In this document: positions 28,815 through 37,466 of the stretch, one piece after another | How the letters are laid out: each line of letters starts with the position of its first letter | Numbering within the stretch: the first letter of the stretch is position 1 | Assembly: GCA_017544935.1 (NCBI GenBank) | Contig: JAFYDF010000017.1 | Span: forward strand, 12,782-76,781 | Direction of reading: 5' to 3' | Length of the DNA: 64,000 bases | DNA from: Clostridia bacterium | GTDB lineage: Bacteria; Bacillota; Clostridia; Christensenellales; Aristaeellaceae | Notes under the pieces: model-generated | What the model saw: only the letters and a program-made list of their open reading frames with translations | Told to the model about the DNA's origin: nothing | The model's database searches: none | Translations under genes and position numbers: made by a program

Positions 28815-30364
28815 GCCAGCGCCTCCTTTTTCGCGTTCTGACGCTTTGCGCCGGCCATGTACAGACCTAGTTCCTCTACGGTGGTCTGCTTGGGGTCGAG
28901 TTCACCAACGATCTCACCCTCATACATCACCAGAATGCGATCAGAGAGGTTCATAACTTCATCCAGTTCCAATGAGACCAATAATACTGCTTTTCCCGCG
29001 TCACGCTGAGCTACGATTTGTTTATGAATGTTTTCAATAGCACCCACATCAAGGCCGCGGGTCGGCTGCACTGCTAGCATCAATGGCAGATCACGGTCAA
29101 TCTCGCGCGCCACGATGGCTTTTTGCTGATTACCGCCTGACATTGAGCGCGCTTTGGTTACGGGTCCCTGGCCACTTCGGACATCGTATTCTTCAATCAG
29201 ACGCTCAGCATACTTGCGTATATCACCAAATTTGATAAAGCCCATATGCTGAAAACGTGGCTCCTGGAAAGACTGCAGAACAAAGTTTTGCTCCAAAGTG
29301 AAATCCAGTACCAGACCATGCTTGTGACGATCTTCGGGAATGTGGCTGATACCAGCCTCGCTACGCCGGCGAATTGGTGCATGGGTAATATCCACCCCGC
29401 ATAATTCGATTTTTCCCTGGGAACACTTTTCCAAACCGGAAAGACCAAACACCAGCTCAGTCTGGCCGTTTCCGTCGATACCAGCGATACACACAATCTC
29501 GCCCTTGCGTACAGTAAAGCTTACACCTTTTACAGCATCGTGCTTATATAGACGCGAGGGGACATGCATGTTTTCTACATTTAGTACTATTTCACCAGGT
29601 TGTGCAGGAGTTTTGTCCACTACAAGTTGCACGTCGTGACCTACCATCATCCGACTCAACTCTGGTGCACTGGTTTCAGCAGTATTGACGGTGCCAATAT
29701 ACTTTCCCTTCCGTAACACGCTTACCCGGTCGGATACTTCCATGATTTCATTCAGCTTATGTGAAATGAATAGGATGGACTTGCCTTCTTTGGCTAGGCC
29801 TTTCATGATGTGCATTAATTCAACGATTTCCTGCGGCGTTAGTACTGCAGTGGGCTCGTCAAAAATCAACACTTCATTGTCGCGGTAGAGCATTTTCAAA
29901 ATCTCTACGCGCTGCTGCATACCTACTGTGATATCCTCTACCTTTGCATCCAAATCAACGGCGAGGCCATAGCGCTTAGAAATCTCCTCTACCTTTTTTC
30001 GTGCTTCTTTACGCTGCACAAATCCCAGCTTTGTATCTTCAGCACCAAGAATGATGTTATCCAGTACTGTAAATACTTCGATTAGTTTAAAGTGCTGGTG
30101 CACCATACCAATATGCAGAGCGGTAGCATCGTTGGGATTGTTGATTTTCACCGTTTTTCCGTCTTTGCGGATCTCGCCCTTTTCAGGTTGATATAAGCCG
30201 AAAAGCACGCTCATCAGCGTGGATTTTCCGGCTCCGTTTTCACCCAACAGAGCATGAATCTCACCGCGACGCAGCTGCAGAGTGATATCATCATTAGCGA
30301 TGATCCCGGGAAACTCCTTGGTGATATGCAGCATTTCGATCACGTAATCCTGTGCGTGATCCAT
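28811..30364 (-). CDS. ABC transporter ATP-binding protein, duplicated NBD (sugar/nucleoside importer type)
   Basis: 517 aa. Walker [10 protein letters not shown], Walker [11 protein letters not shown], second cassette with MSGGNQQK signature. Confidence 0.9.
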   Translation of the reverse strand: MDHAQDYVIEMLHITKEFPGIIANDDITLQLRRGEIHALLGENGAGKSTLMSVLFGLYQPEKGEIRKDGKTVKINNPNDATALHIGMVHQHFKLIEVFTVLDNIILGAEDTKLGFVQRKEARKKVEEISKRYGLAVDLDAKVEDITVGMQQRVEILKMLYRDNEVLIFDEPTAVLTPQEIVELMHIMKGLAKEGKSILFISHKLNEIMEVSDRVSVLRKGKYIGTVNTAETSAPELSRMMVGHDVQLVVDKTPAQPGEIVLNVENMHVPSRLYKHDAVKGVSFTVRKGEIVCIAGIDGNGQTELVFGLSGLEKCSQGKIELCGVDITHAPIRRRSEAGISHIPEDRHKHGLVLDFTLEQNFVLQSFQEPRFQHMGFIKFGDIRKYAERLIEEYDVRSGQGPVTKARSMSGGNQQKAIVAREIDRDLPLMLAVQPTRGLDVGAIENIHKQIVAQRDAGKAVLLVSLELDEVMNLSDRILVMYEGEIVGELDPKQTTVEELGLYMAGAKRQNAKKEALA

Positions 30365-30459
30365 ATGCCATATTCCCCCTTTTTGTTGCTTTCAGCTATA
30401 AGCTTTAATGTAAGAAAAGCAGGAAGGGCAACAGCCCTCCCTGCATGAAGTAGTTACGA

Positions 30460-31554
30460 TTACTCGTACTGAACGGTTACGTTGCTCCACGGACCCTTTA
30501 CGTTGGGGTCAAATTCAGCAGCTTCGCCATCGATAGTCAGTTCGCCGGCAATCAGAGCATCTACCAGGCCCTGATAATCTTCAACACTGAAATTCTCCAG
30601 CATCCAGTTGTCAACGGGCAGACCTACAGCGTTCTCGGTAACGCCCAGGGATACGGAGCCGGCTTCGAATGTGCCATCGAATACCTTGGCCAGCATCTGA
30701 TAGGTACCTTCGCTCAGACCTTTCAGAGCGGAGGTGATAACGGTTTCGGACTGACCAGACTGGTCAACGTCAACACCGATCACAAAGCCATCATTAGCAG
30801 CTGCAGCAGCGGCAATGGAGTCAAAGATCGAACCACCGCAGGCAAACACGATTTCGGTACCGGTTTCATACCAGCCGTTCATCATGGTCTGCAGTTCGGG
30901 AGATGCGGTAAAGTTAGCACCATACTGCCAGGTGAAACGGAGCTCAACGTTTTTGCCCAGCTTAGCGGCAGCATCATTTGCACCCTGAATGAAACCGTAG
31001 CCATAACGCTCGCAGGCAGGGTTGGTACCGCCACCGCCACCGGAGAAGCCCAGCTTGGTGAACCCTTCCATAACAGCGGCATAGCCGGCGAAGTAACCGC
31101 ACTGCTCTTCTTTATAAGCAACGCCAACAACGTTATCCAGGCCCATTCCCCAGCCATCGATGAAGATGAACTTCACATCGGGGAATTCCTTAGCAGCCTT
31201 TTCCAGAGCACTGCCCTGCATCCAGCCGGCGGCCACGATAGCTTTGGCGCCTGCCTGAGCAGCAGCCTTCATGGCATCATAGCGGTCGTCGTCGGTCGCA
31301 GCAGAGCCATTGGCGGGCTGATAATACTTGTAAGCCAAGCCATTATCATAAGCGAAGGTCTTTGTGCCATTCCAGGTACCTTCGTTGAAAGACTTGTCTT
31401 TCAGCTGACCGATATCAGTTACGAATGCCACAGCATAGGTGCCGTCGGGGGAGGTGATGTTGTCCTCGACCGTAGCGGGATCAGTGGCAGCAAGAGCGCT
31501 TACAGTGCCCAGGCAAAGAGCCAAGGCTACAAGCAGAGCAAGAAGTTTCTTCAT
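30460..31554 (-). CDS. BMP-family (PnrA/Med-like) ABC substrate-binding protein
   Basis: Signal peptide MKKLLALLVALALCLGTVSALA. Blocks VTDIGQLKDKSFNEG and GVDVDQ typical of BMP nucleoside-binding proteins. Confidence 0.85.
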   Translation of the reverse strand: MKKLLALLVALALCLGTVSALAATDPATVEDNITSPDGTYAVAFVTDIGQLKDKSFNEGTWNGTKTFAYDNGLAYKYYQPANGSAATDDDRYDAMKAAAQAGAKAIVAAGWMQGSALEKAAKEFPDVKFIFIDGWGMGLDNVVGVAYKEEQCGYFAGYAAVMEGFTKLGFSGGGGGTNPACERYGYGFIQGANDAAAKLGKNVELRFTWQYGANFTASPELQTMMNGWYETGTEIVFACGGSIFDSIAAAAAANDGFVIGVDVDQSGQSETVITSALKGLSEGTYQMLAKVFDGTFEAGSVSLGVTENAVGLPVDNWMLENFSVEDYQGLVDALIAGELTIDGEAAEFDPNVKGPWSNVTVQYE

Positions 31555-31618
31555 AAAACCGTGCCTCCTGTGAATATTTTTGTTGGATTATGTAACGCAC
31601 ACGCGTTATTCCTTAGTC

Positions 31619-31647
31619 ATTATAACAAGCTTCCATGGAACATTCAA
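31619..31647 (-). promoter_or_regulatory. Sigma-70-type promoter of the BMP ABC operon
   Basis: Minus strand TTGAAT (31647-31642), 17 nt, TATAAT (31624-31619). Confidence 0.55.
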
Positions 31648-31654
31648 GGGGGGC

Positions 31655-31694
31655 AAAATCTTACATTTTTACAAGCAAAAATCTTACATTTTTA
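31655..31694. repeat. Two exact 17-nt direct repeats AAAATCTTACATTTTTA (period 23 nt)
   Basis: Copies at 31655-31671 and 31678-31694, immediately upstream of the -35 of the BMP operon promoter. Confidence 0.9.
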
Positions 31695-31860
31695 TGAACA
31701 GAGCCGAATGCTCTGTTTAACTAATAAAAAAATGTTCGCAATCACGCTTGAGCTTTGAGTTCGAAATCCCCAACAAAATGATTAACGACTGACAACATTT
31801 CTTCTTGTTAAACCAGCAGAATTAATTAGTATAAAATTATGAGATCTAAATTGTCGATTA

Positions 31861-32886
31861 TTACAGGTCTTCTTCTTGGCGATAACCTCTTGGATTTAGT
31901 TTCTGCCAGTGCCAGGCGTCGCGGCACATATCCTCGAGCGAACGGCGTGCATGCCAACCAAGAACGCGCTGTGCCTTTGCGGCATCGGCATAACTGACGG
32001 GCAGATCACCGGGACGACGGGCTACAGTTTCCTTATTTAGTTGCAGATTGTTGACGGTCTCAAAAGTGTTTACGACCTGGTAAACACTGTAGCCTTCACC
32101 GGTACCAAGATTAAATGTCTCTACTCCGGTATGTTCTATAGCATATTCCAGAGCTTTGACATGTCCCTCTGCAAGATCCATCACATGAATGTAATCACGA
32201 ATGCAGGTGCCGTCAGGAGTTGGATAGTCATTGCCGAATAGGAACAGCTTTTCTCGCATGCCCGCGGCAGTCTGGCAGATGAAGGGCATGAGATTGTTGG
32301 GAATGCCGCTCGGATCCTCACCGATTAGGCCGCTTTCATGTGCGCCGACGGGATTGAAATAGCGCAGCAGGACGACAGACCATTCAGGGTCAGCGACTAC
32401 GGCATCGCGCAGAATCTGTTCATTCATCCATTTCGTCCATGCGTAGGGACAGGAACAGACACCCAGCGGCATATCCTCGCGCATGGGCGGCTGCTGGTCG
32501 CCGTAGACAGTAGCGGAACTGGAGAAAACGATCCTCTTGATACCATGTGCAGCCAGACGCTTGCACAGAGCGATGGTCGAATCCAAATTGTTGCGATAGT
32601 AGTCGAGAGGAATGCGAACTGATTCACCGACTGCCTTGAGACCGGCAAAGTGAACGGCTGCGTCAACAGGCTCATTATCCAGTACACGATCCAGATCAGC
32701 TTCATTGCAGCAGTCACCTTCGTATACAGTGACATGCTTTCCGGTGATTTTTTCCACACGGCGCAAGGCTTCAGGTGAACTGTTGATATAATTGTCCAGT
32801 ACAACGACCTCATGTCCTGCATTCAGCAGGGCAACGCCGGCGTGAGAACCGATACATCCGGCACCGCCGGTGAGCAGGAAGCGCAT
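31861..32886 (-). CDS. galE: UDP-glucose 4-epimerase
   Basis: MRFLLTGGAGCIGSH Rossmann motif. YAWTKWMNEQ (YxxxK). 341 aa. RBS AAGGAGGGG. Confidence 0.9.
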   Translation of the reverse strand: MRFLLTGGAGCIGSHAGVALLNAGHEVVVLDNYINSSPEALRRVEKITGKHVTVYEGDCCNEADLDRVLDNEPVDAAVHFAGLKAVGESVRIPLDYYRNNLDSTIALCKRLAAHGIKRIVFSSSATVYGDQQPPMREDMPLGVCSCPYAWTKWMNEQILRDAVVADPEWSVVLLRYFNPVGAHESGLIGEDPSGIPNNLMPFICQTAAGMREKLFLFGNDYPTPDGTCIRDYIHVMDLAEGHVKALEYAIEHTGVETFNLGTGEGYSVYQVVNTFETVNNLQLNKETVARRPGDLPVSYADAAKAQRVLGWHARRSLEDMCRDAWHWQKLNPRGYRQEEDL

Positions 32887-32970
32887 AGAGTCCCCTCCTT
32901 AAAATAGTGCCTTAAGTATACGATTTTTGCATAATGCTGTCAATTGTGCTGACAATTTACAAAAGTAGAT

Positions 32971-32998
32971 TTGAAAATACTCTAAAGGTTGGTATAAT
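32971..32998 (+). promoter_or_regulatory. Sigma-70-type promoter of ECF module 3
   Basis: TTGAAA (32971-32976), 16 nt, TATAAT (32993-32998). Confidence 0.45.
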
Positions 32999-33027
32999 AA
33001 GTAGAACAAAAGAAGGAGGTGCGGGGG

Positions 33028-33603
33028 ATGAGCCTGCTGAACCGCAGAAGCAAAGCAGAACGCTTTGAAGCGGCAGTGATGCAGCATGAACGTGGCATCT
33101 ACCTGCTGTGCCTGCGCATGATGGGACGGCGTGAGGACGCTGAAGACTGTGCGCAGGAAGCACTTTTAAATGCTTACCGTTCATATGACAGCTTCAGAGG
33201 CGAAGCGGATATTAAAACATGGCTGTACCGCATCGCCAGCAATACCTGTATGAGCGCCCTGCGCAAGCACCGCGGTGATTCTTCACTTGAAGTGCTTCGT
33301 GAAGAGGGCTTTGAACCGACAGATACGCGTATGCCTCAGCCAGAAAGGGAGGCTGAGCGAAATGACCTGCGGACCAGACTGTCTGAGGCAATCGCTGCAT
33401 TGCCGGATGATCAGCGCGAGATCGTTGTGCTGCGCGAGTACCAGGATCTTCCTTATGACCAGATAGCCAGTATTCTGGAGATAAGCGAAGGTACGGTTAA
33501 AAGCCGGCTGAACCGGGCAAGGGAAAAGTTAAAAAAATATTTAACTGATGTGGAACAAATTGGCGGAAAGCGCGTCCAAGAAAATGAAGGGAGGCAAGGA
33601 TGA
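33028..33603 (+). CDS. ECF-type RNA polymerase sigma-70 family factor (module 3)
   Basis: ATG after AAGGAGG. Regions 2 and 4 (AEDCAQEALLNAY, WLYRIASNTCMSALR, YDQIASILEISEGTVKSRLNRAR). Confidence 0.85.
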   Translation: MSLLNRRSKAERFEAAVMQHERGIYLLCLRMMGRREDAEDCAQEALLNAYRSYDSFRGEADIKTWLYRIASNTCMSALRKHRGDSSLEVLREEGFEPTDTRMPQPEREAERNDLRTRLSEAIAALPDDQREIVVLREYQDLPYDQIASILEISEGTVKSRLNRAREKLKKYLTDVEQIGGKRVQENEGRQG

Positions 33604-34826
33604 TGGACTGCAGAACGTTTTCTTTGCTTCTTGATACGCCAGAAGCGGAACGGACGCCTGAGCAGGTGCGTGAAATGGAAGCGCATGCCGCCGAATGCAG
33701 GGACTGCGCATTGCTTCTTGCTATACAGCGTGAAATGCGCTGTATGGACGAGGAAGAAGAGATTCCCGCTGCATTTTCTGCTTCATGGCGCGAGAGAATA
33801 CGCGCTGAGGAGGAAAATAAGACAATGAGCAGGTTCCCGTGGAAAAAGATTCTGGCTTATGCGGCTGCATTCGTTTTTGTAGCAGTCGGTACAGCGGTTT
33901 CGTATAATAATGGCTGGGGTACGGCGGGTAAAACCGCAAATCAAACAGCCGCGCGGACAACATATACTAATGACGGTGCTGCTGATTACGGTGTGACAAG
34001 TGGTACGTATCTTAACAGCAAGGCAGCCGGGACATCGGCTTCCTATGAAGCCCCGATGATGCTTGCGGACAGTTTTGCGAGTGAAGAGATGGCTGCCGAA
34101 GAAGCGAGCGGGGTAGAACGGGAAGCCAAAATCGTCCGCACTGTGAACTTTACTGTACGTACTCAGCAATATGAGCAGGATTATGATGAGATCCGCATGC
34201 TGGTCGAAGAGTACGGCGGGCGCATTGAGAGTCTGAATACTTCCGGGGACGGCACGGCTTATTCCCTGCGCAGGGCGAACTATACACTGCGCATTCCGTC
34301 ACAGCGTCTGGAGGCGTTCCTTGATGCGGCTAAAGGTGTTGGAAATGTCAGCAATTATTCGGAGAGCAGTGAGGATGTAAGCGAGAACTATTATGACATG
34401 CAGAGCCGGCTGGAGACTCAGGAAGCCAAGCTGCAGCGGCTGAATGAAATGCTGGCCAAAGCCAAGAACATCTCCGACCTGATTGAACTGGAAGAGGCTA
34501 TCAGCGATACACAATACTGGATAGACTACTATACTGGACGCATGCGCGGATATGACAGCCGAGTCGCTGATTCATATGTTTACATTACCCTGCGTGAGAT
34601 CAACAACGCAGATGCTGCCGAACAGAAGGAACTGAGCTTGGGAGAGCGCATTGTCAATGCTGTCAAGGCCTCCTTAGAAGCAGCAGGTGAGATGCTGCAG
34701 GCATTTGTTATCTTCTTCATTGCCGCGTTGCCGTGGCTGATTGTATTGGCAGGAATCGTGCTGGTCATACGTGCTGTCGTGCGTTCACGCAGGAAGCATA
34801 GGAAAGCCGCCGAAAAGGCAGAGTAA
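33600..34826 (+). CDS. Anti-sigma factor, zf-HC2 N-terminus + DUF4349-like extracytoplasmic domain
   Basis: ATGA overlap with the sigma stop. HAAECRDC fits the H-x3-C-x2-C motif. TM ILAYAAAFVFVAVGTAV. C-terminal coiled-coil region plus a terminal TM, as in DUF4349 (from memory). Confidence 0.75.
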   Translation: MMDCRTFSLLLDTPEAERTPEQVREMEAHAAECRDCALLLAIQREMRCMDEEEEIPAAFSASWRERIRAEEENKTMSRFPWKKILAYAAAFVFVAVGTAVSYNNGWGTAGKTANQTAARTTYTNDGAADYGVTSGTYLNSKAAGTSASYEAPMMLADSFASEEMAAEEASGVEREAKIVRTVNFTVRTQQYEQDYDEIRMLVEEYGGRIESLNTSGDGTAYSLRRANYTLRIPSQRLEAFLDAAKGVGNVSNYSESSEDVSENYYDMQSRLETQEAKLQRLNEMLAKAKNISDLIELEEAISDTQYWIDYYTGRMRGYDSRVADSYVYITLREINNADAAEQKELSLGERIVNAVKASLEAAGEMLQAFVIFFIAALPWLIVLAGIVLVIRAVVRSRRKHRKAAEKAE

Positions 34827-34842
34827 ACAGAAGCAAATAAAT

Positions 34843-34883
34843 ATCTCCACAGTATCAATTGTGTGCTGTGGAGATTGTTTTTT
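34843..34883 (+). terminator. Rho-independent terminator of ECF module 3
   Basis: ATCTCCACAG…CTGTGGAGAT (10-bp stem) followed by TGTTTTTT. Confidence 0.85.
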
Positions 34884-34957
34884 GAAGTAAATGCCGTATG
34901 TGTAATGGGACAATCAACAATTGTTAGTTTGCTGAGTCTGAATAATCAATGAGCAGA

Positions 34958-35677
34958 TTAAGTGCTGCTGCCTGCTTTAGGAGCACGTCCGTAGACACCG
35001 GTCGTGATTTCCTGGATATATGCTTCACGATGAGGCATATTCTCTGCTGATTCAGCATCATGGACAGCACGAGCAACATCGTAAGGAAGATATACATATT
35101 GCAGGTCGAATGGGGCAGGTTGTTCACCTTTCTCGCACTCGAGCAGTGTATACTGGGCAAGGGGGATACGGATACTGTTGCCGACACTGCCGACGCTGAA
35201 CAAAATGCGGTTTCCATGCAAGGCGCGAAGACCGGCATGGTGGATATCGCCATATCCAACAACATTGAAATCCGGAGCAAATAGCCATTCCAGTTCCCTT
35301 TCGGGATCAAATGTGGACAGCAGGCGTGACATGATAGGCCTTCCGTGAAGCAGGCGCAGATGACGTCCTGAGAGTACGGCATGATGCTCATAAGGAAGCT
35401 CGAGCAGCTGCCGCATGCGTGTGTCACCAAGCTGTGCATAATAGAACTGGTCGTTTGTGGCAAAATAACGCTTGCCGATTCCTTCGTCCCAATTCCCGCA
35501 CAGGATCACACTGCAGTTTTGCATGGCCCAGTCAAACGTCTCAGCTGAGGATGGCCCTTTTCCGGCAAGGTCTCCCAAACACCAGATCTCGTCTGCCCCG
35601 CGGCGGCGGATATCAGCGTCTACTGCTTCCAGTGCGGGCAGATTGCCATGCAGATCAGCTACAAGCGCTATCTTCAT
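34958..35677 (-). CDS. Metallophosphoesterase (calcineurin-like) family protein
   Basis: MKIALVADLHGN, CLGDLAG, GNWD, GDIHH motifs. ATGA overlap with the upstream gene stop. Confidence 0.8.
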   Translation of the reverse strand: MKIALVADLHGNLPALEAVDADIRRRGADEIWCLGDLAGKGPSSAETFDWAMQNCSVILCGNWDEGIGKRYFATNDQFYYAQLGDTRMRQLLELPYEHHAVLSGRHLRLLHGRPIMSRLLSTFDPERELEWLFAPDFNVVGYGDIHHAGLRALHGNRILFSVGSVGNSIRIPLAQYTLLECEKGEQPAPFDLQYVYLPYDVARAVHDAESAENMPHREAYIQEITTGVYGRAPKAGSST

Positions 35678-36375
35678 TTTTGGGCCTCTTGCACTATCCA
35701 GCGGAAGAGACAAAGCTGGAGCGGAAGTCTCTCAATGAGACCTTCTGGATGCCATTGCACTCCAAGTACAGGCCGCCCGTCTTCTGCTTCAATAGCTTCA
35801 GGCAGGCCGTCAGGAGCCCAGGCACTGATGCGCATTCCGGGAGCGATACTCTTGAGCCCCTGATGATGACGGCTGTTGACAGGACATTCCTCAGCGTTGA
35901 AAATGCTGTACAGCAGAGACCCTTTTTCTATACGAACAGTATGCGCATCGCCGATGGGAATATCTGAGCGCGGATGCTTCAGCTGTGTGCCAAACTGCTC
36001 TGCGATATCCTGATAAAGAGTGCCACCGAGAGCTGCATTTAGAATCTGGATTCCACGACAGATGCCCAGAACTGGGATGCCACGTTTGAGCGCATGACGA
36101 ATCAGCGTCTGTTCCAGACGGTCACGCACTGGCGTGGTCTCACCACAGCAGGTCAGCTTTTCTTCACCATAAACAGAGGGATCGACATCATCGCCACCGG
36201 TAAGAATCAATCCGTCGGCTCGGTCGAGAGCGGCACAGACAGCGCTGTCGTTTTCAGATGGCGGGATAACAAAAGGAGCGCCTCCGGCCCGAACTACGGC
36301 AGCAACGTATGTATAGGGAACGCTTACCCGCTGAGCTTCAGCATTCCAGCTGGGTGTTAAAGCAATAACCGGCAT
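35674..36375 (-). CDS. Class I glutamine amidotransferase / peptidase C26 (PuuD-like gamma-glutamyl hydrolase)
   Basis: GICRGIQILNAALGG (nucleophile Cys), NSRHHQG, GVQWHPE. Confidence 0.85.
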   Translation of the reverse strand: MPVIALTPSWNAEAQRVSVPYTYVAAVVRAGGAPFVIPPSENDSAVCAALDRADGLILTGGDDVDPSVYGEEKLTCCGETTPVRDRLEQTLIRHALKRGIPVLGICRGIQILNAALGGTLYQDIAEQFGTQLKHPRSDIPIGDAHTVRIEKGSLLYSIFNAEECPVNSRHHQGLKSIAPGMRISAWAPDGLPEAIEAEDGRPVLGVQWHPEGLIERLPLQLCLFRWIVQEAQK

Positions 36376-36387
36376 ATAGAACCTCCG

Positions 36388-37305
36388 TCATGTATCGGTG
36401 TTAGCATATATTTCACGCATGGTTTCCATAATCTCACGGGCAGCCCGCATCTGGATTTCCCGTAAAGCAGGAGGGAGCCTTCCCAGCTCACCGCCAGGTT
36501 CCATGTTCAGTGTGCCGCTGTAGCCGATCTCTTCAAGTGCAGAGAATACCTCTTCCCAAGGCAAACGCCCATAGCTGGGGAACAGATGCAGGTCTTCATA
36601 AATAGGACCAATCTTCCCATAATTATCATTCAGATGAAGGGAGCCCAGCAACGGTCCGAACTTGCGGATCATGGACGGAACATCCATCGCATTGATGTTG
36701 GCGTGACCCGTATCCAAACAGATACGCATCAGCGGGTGATTGAGTTTGTGTACGACATACAGAAGGTCTTCAGGTTCGCTGAAAGGGAAAATGGGGTCGC
36801 CTTCCTTCTGCACATGTTTGTGGTCAAACAGGTTTTCAATGTGAAGCTCAACATCGTATTTTTCGGCAGTGGGCAGCAGGGCACGGAACCATTCGACATT
36901 GATATCAAGGACACGCTGCCGATCACTTTCCTGTGTCATCCGATACCAACGCTGGACCGGATGGAAGATAAGGCGACGGCATCCGAGCATGTTGGATGCT
37001 TCGATACAGTCATAGTGGACCTGCAGTGGCAGATCGTATGTAAAGTCCTCGTGGATCTGGTACGGGTGATTCCAGTGTGCATGTGCTTGGCCGACCGTGA
37101 TCCCTGCCTGTTGAAACAGTCTTGAAGCTTCGCTGACCCATTGACGCCAGTCTGTCCGGAGCATAGGCGGATTGGGTTCAGTGCAATACTTGCACAGCCA
37201 GAAATCCGTGACATGGTATCCGGTGCGAGCCAGTGCTTCTATACAGCCTGCAAGGGATGTGTTGCCGGACAGCTTTGCGGCAGAAACGCTGATCGGATTG
37301 TCCAT
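36388..37305 (-). CDS. Sugar-phosphate isomerase/epimerase, xylose-isomerase-like TIM barrel
   Basis: Typical blocks LHIENL, CLDTGHAN, LHLNDN. Start at MDNPI chosen for its 6-nt spacing from GAGGTG; the ATG at 37311 is an alternative. Confidence 0.75.
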   Translation of the reverse strand: MDNPISVSAAKLSGNTSLAGCIEALARTGYHVTDFWLCKYCTEPNPPMLRTDWRQWVSEASRLFQQAGITVGQAHAHWNHPYQIHEDFTYDLPLQVHYDCIEASNMLGCRRLIFHPVQRWYRMTQESDRQRVLDINVEWFRALLPTAEKYDVELHIENLFDHKHVQKEGDPIFPFSEPEDLLYVVHKLNHPLMRICLDTGHANINAMDVPSMIRKFGPLLGSLHLNDNYGKIGPIYEDLHLFPSYGRLPWEEVFSALEEIGYSGTLNMEPGGELGRLPPALREIQMRAAREIMETMREIYANTDT

Positions 37306-37404
37306 AGCCATCACCTCTAATATAATCAGAAGAATAGTGGTATTATACACCCCGTTATGATCATGTGTAAAGTGTGGCGCCATGGCGAAACATGCTGAAA
37401 AACG

Positions 37405-37433
37405 TTGTGTTTTATTGGATTTTGTGTTAAAAT
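37405..37433 (+). promoter_or_regulatory. Candidate sigma-70-type promoter of argS
   Basis: TTGTGT (37405-37410), 17 nt, TAAAAT (37428-37433). Confidence 0.4.
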
Positions 37434-37466
37434 TATTTTTGTATTTTTACTTCGGAGGGGATCTGT

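Noticed and set aside
28234-28956. 240-aa plus-strand ORF, along with similar ORFs at 15895-16569 and 37695-38447.
   Set aside because: They are antisense to a permease gene, the CotH gene and argS respectively. None has an RBS or recognisable motifs.
31555-31618. Purine/nucleoside riboswitch in the BMP operon 5' UTR.
   Set aside because: The UTR is about 60 nt and holds only one small hairpin (TAACGCacacGCGTTA).
37384-37466. Possible T-box leader upstream of argS.
   Set aside because: The gap is only 83 nt and contains a promoter-like element, so it is too short for a T-box.
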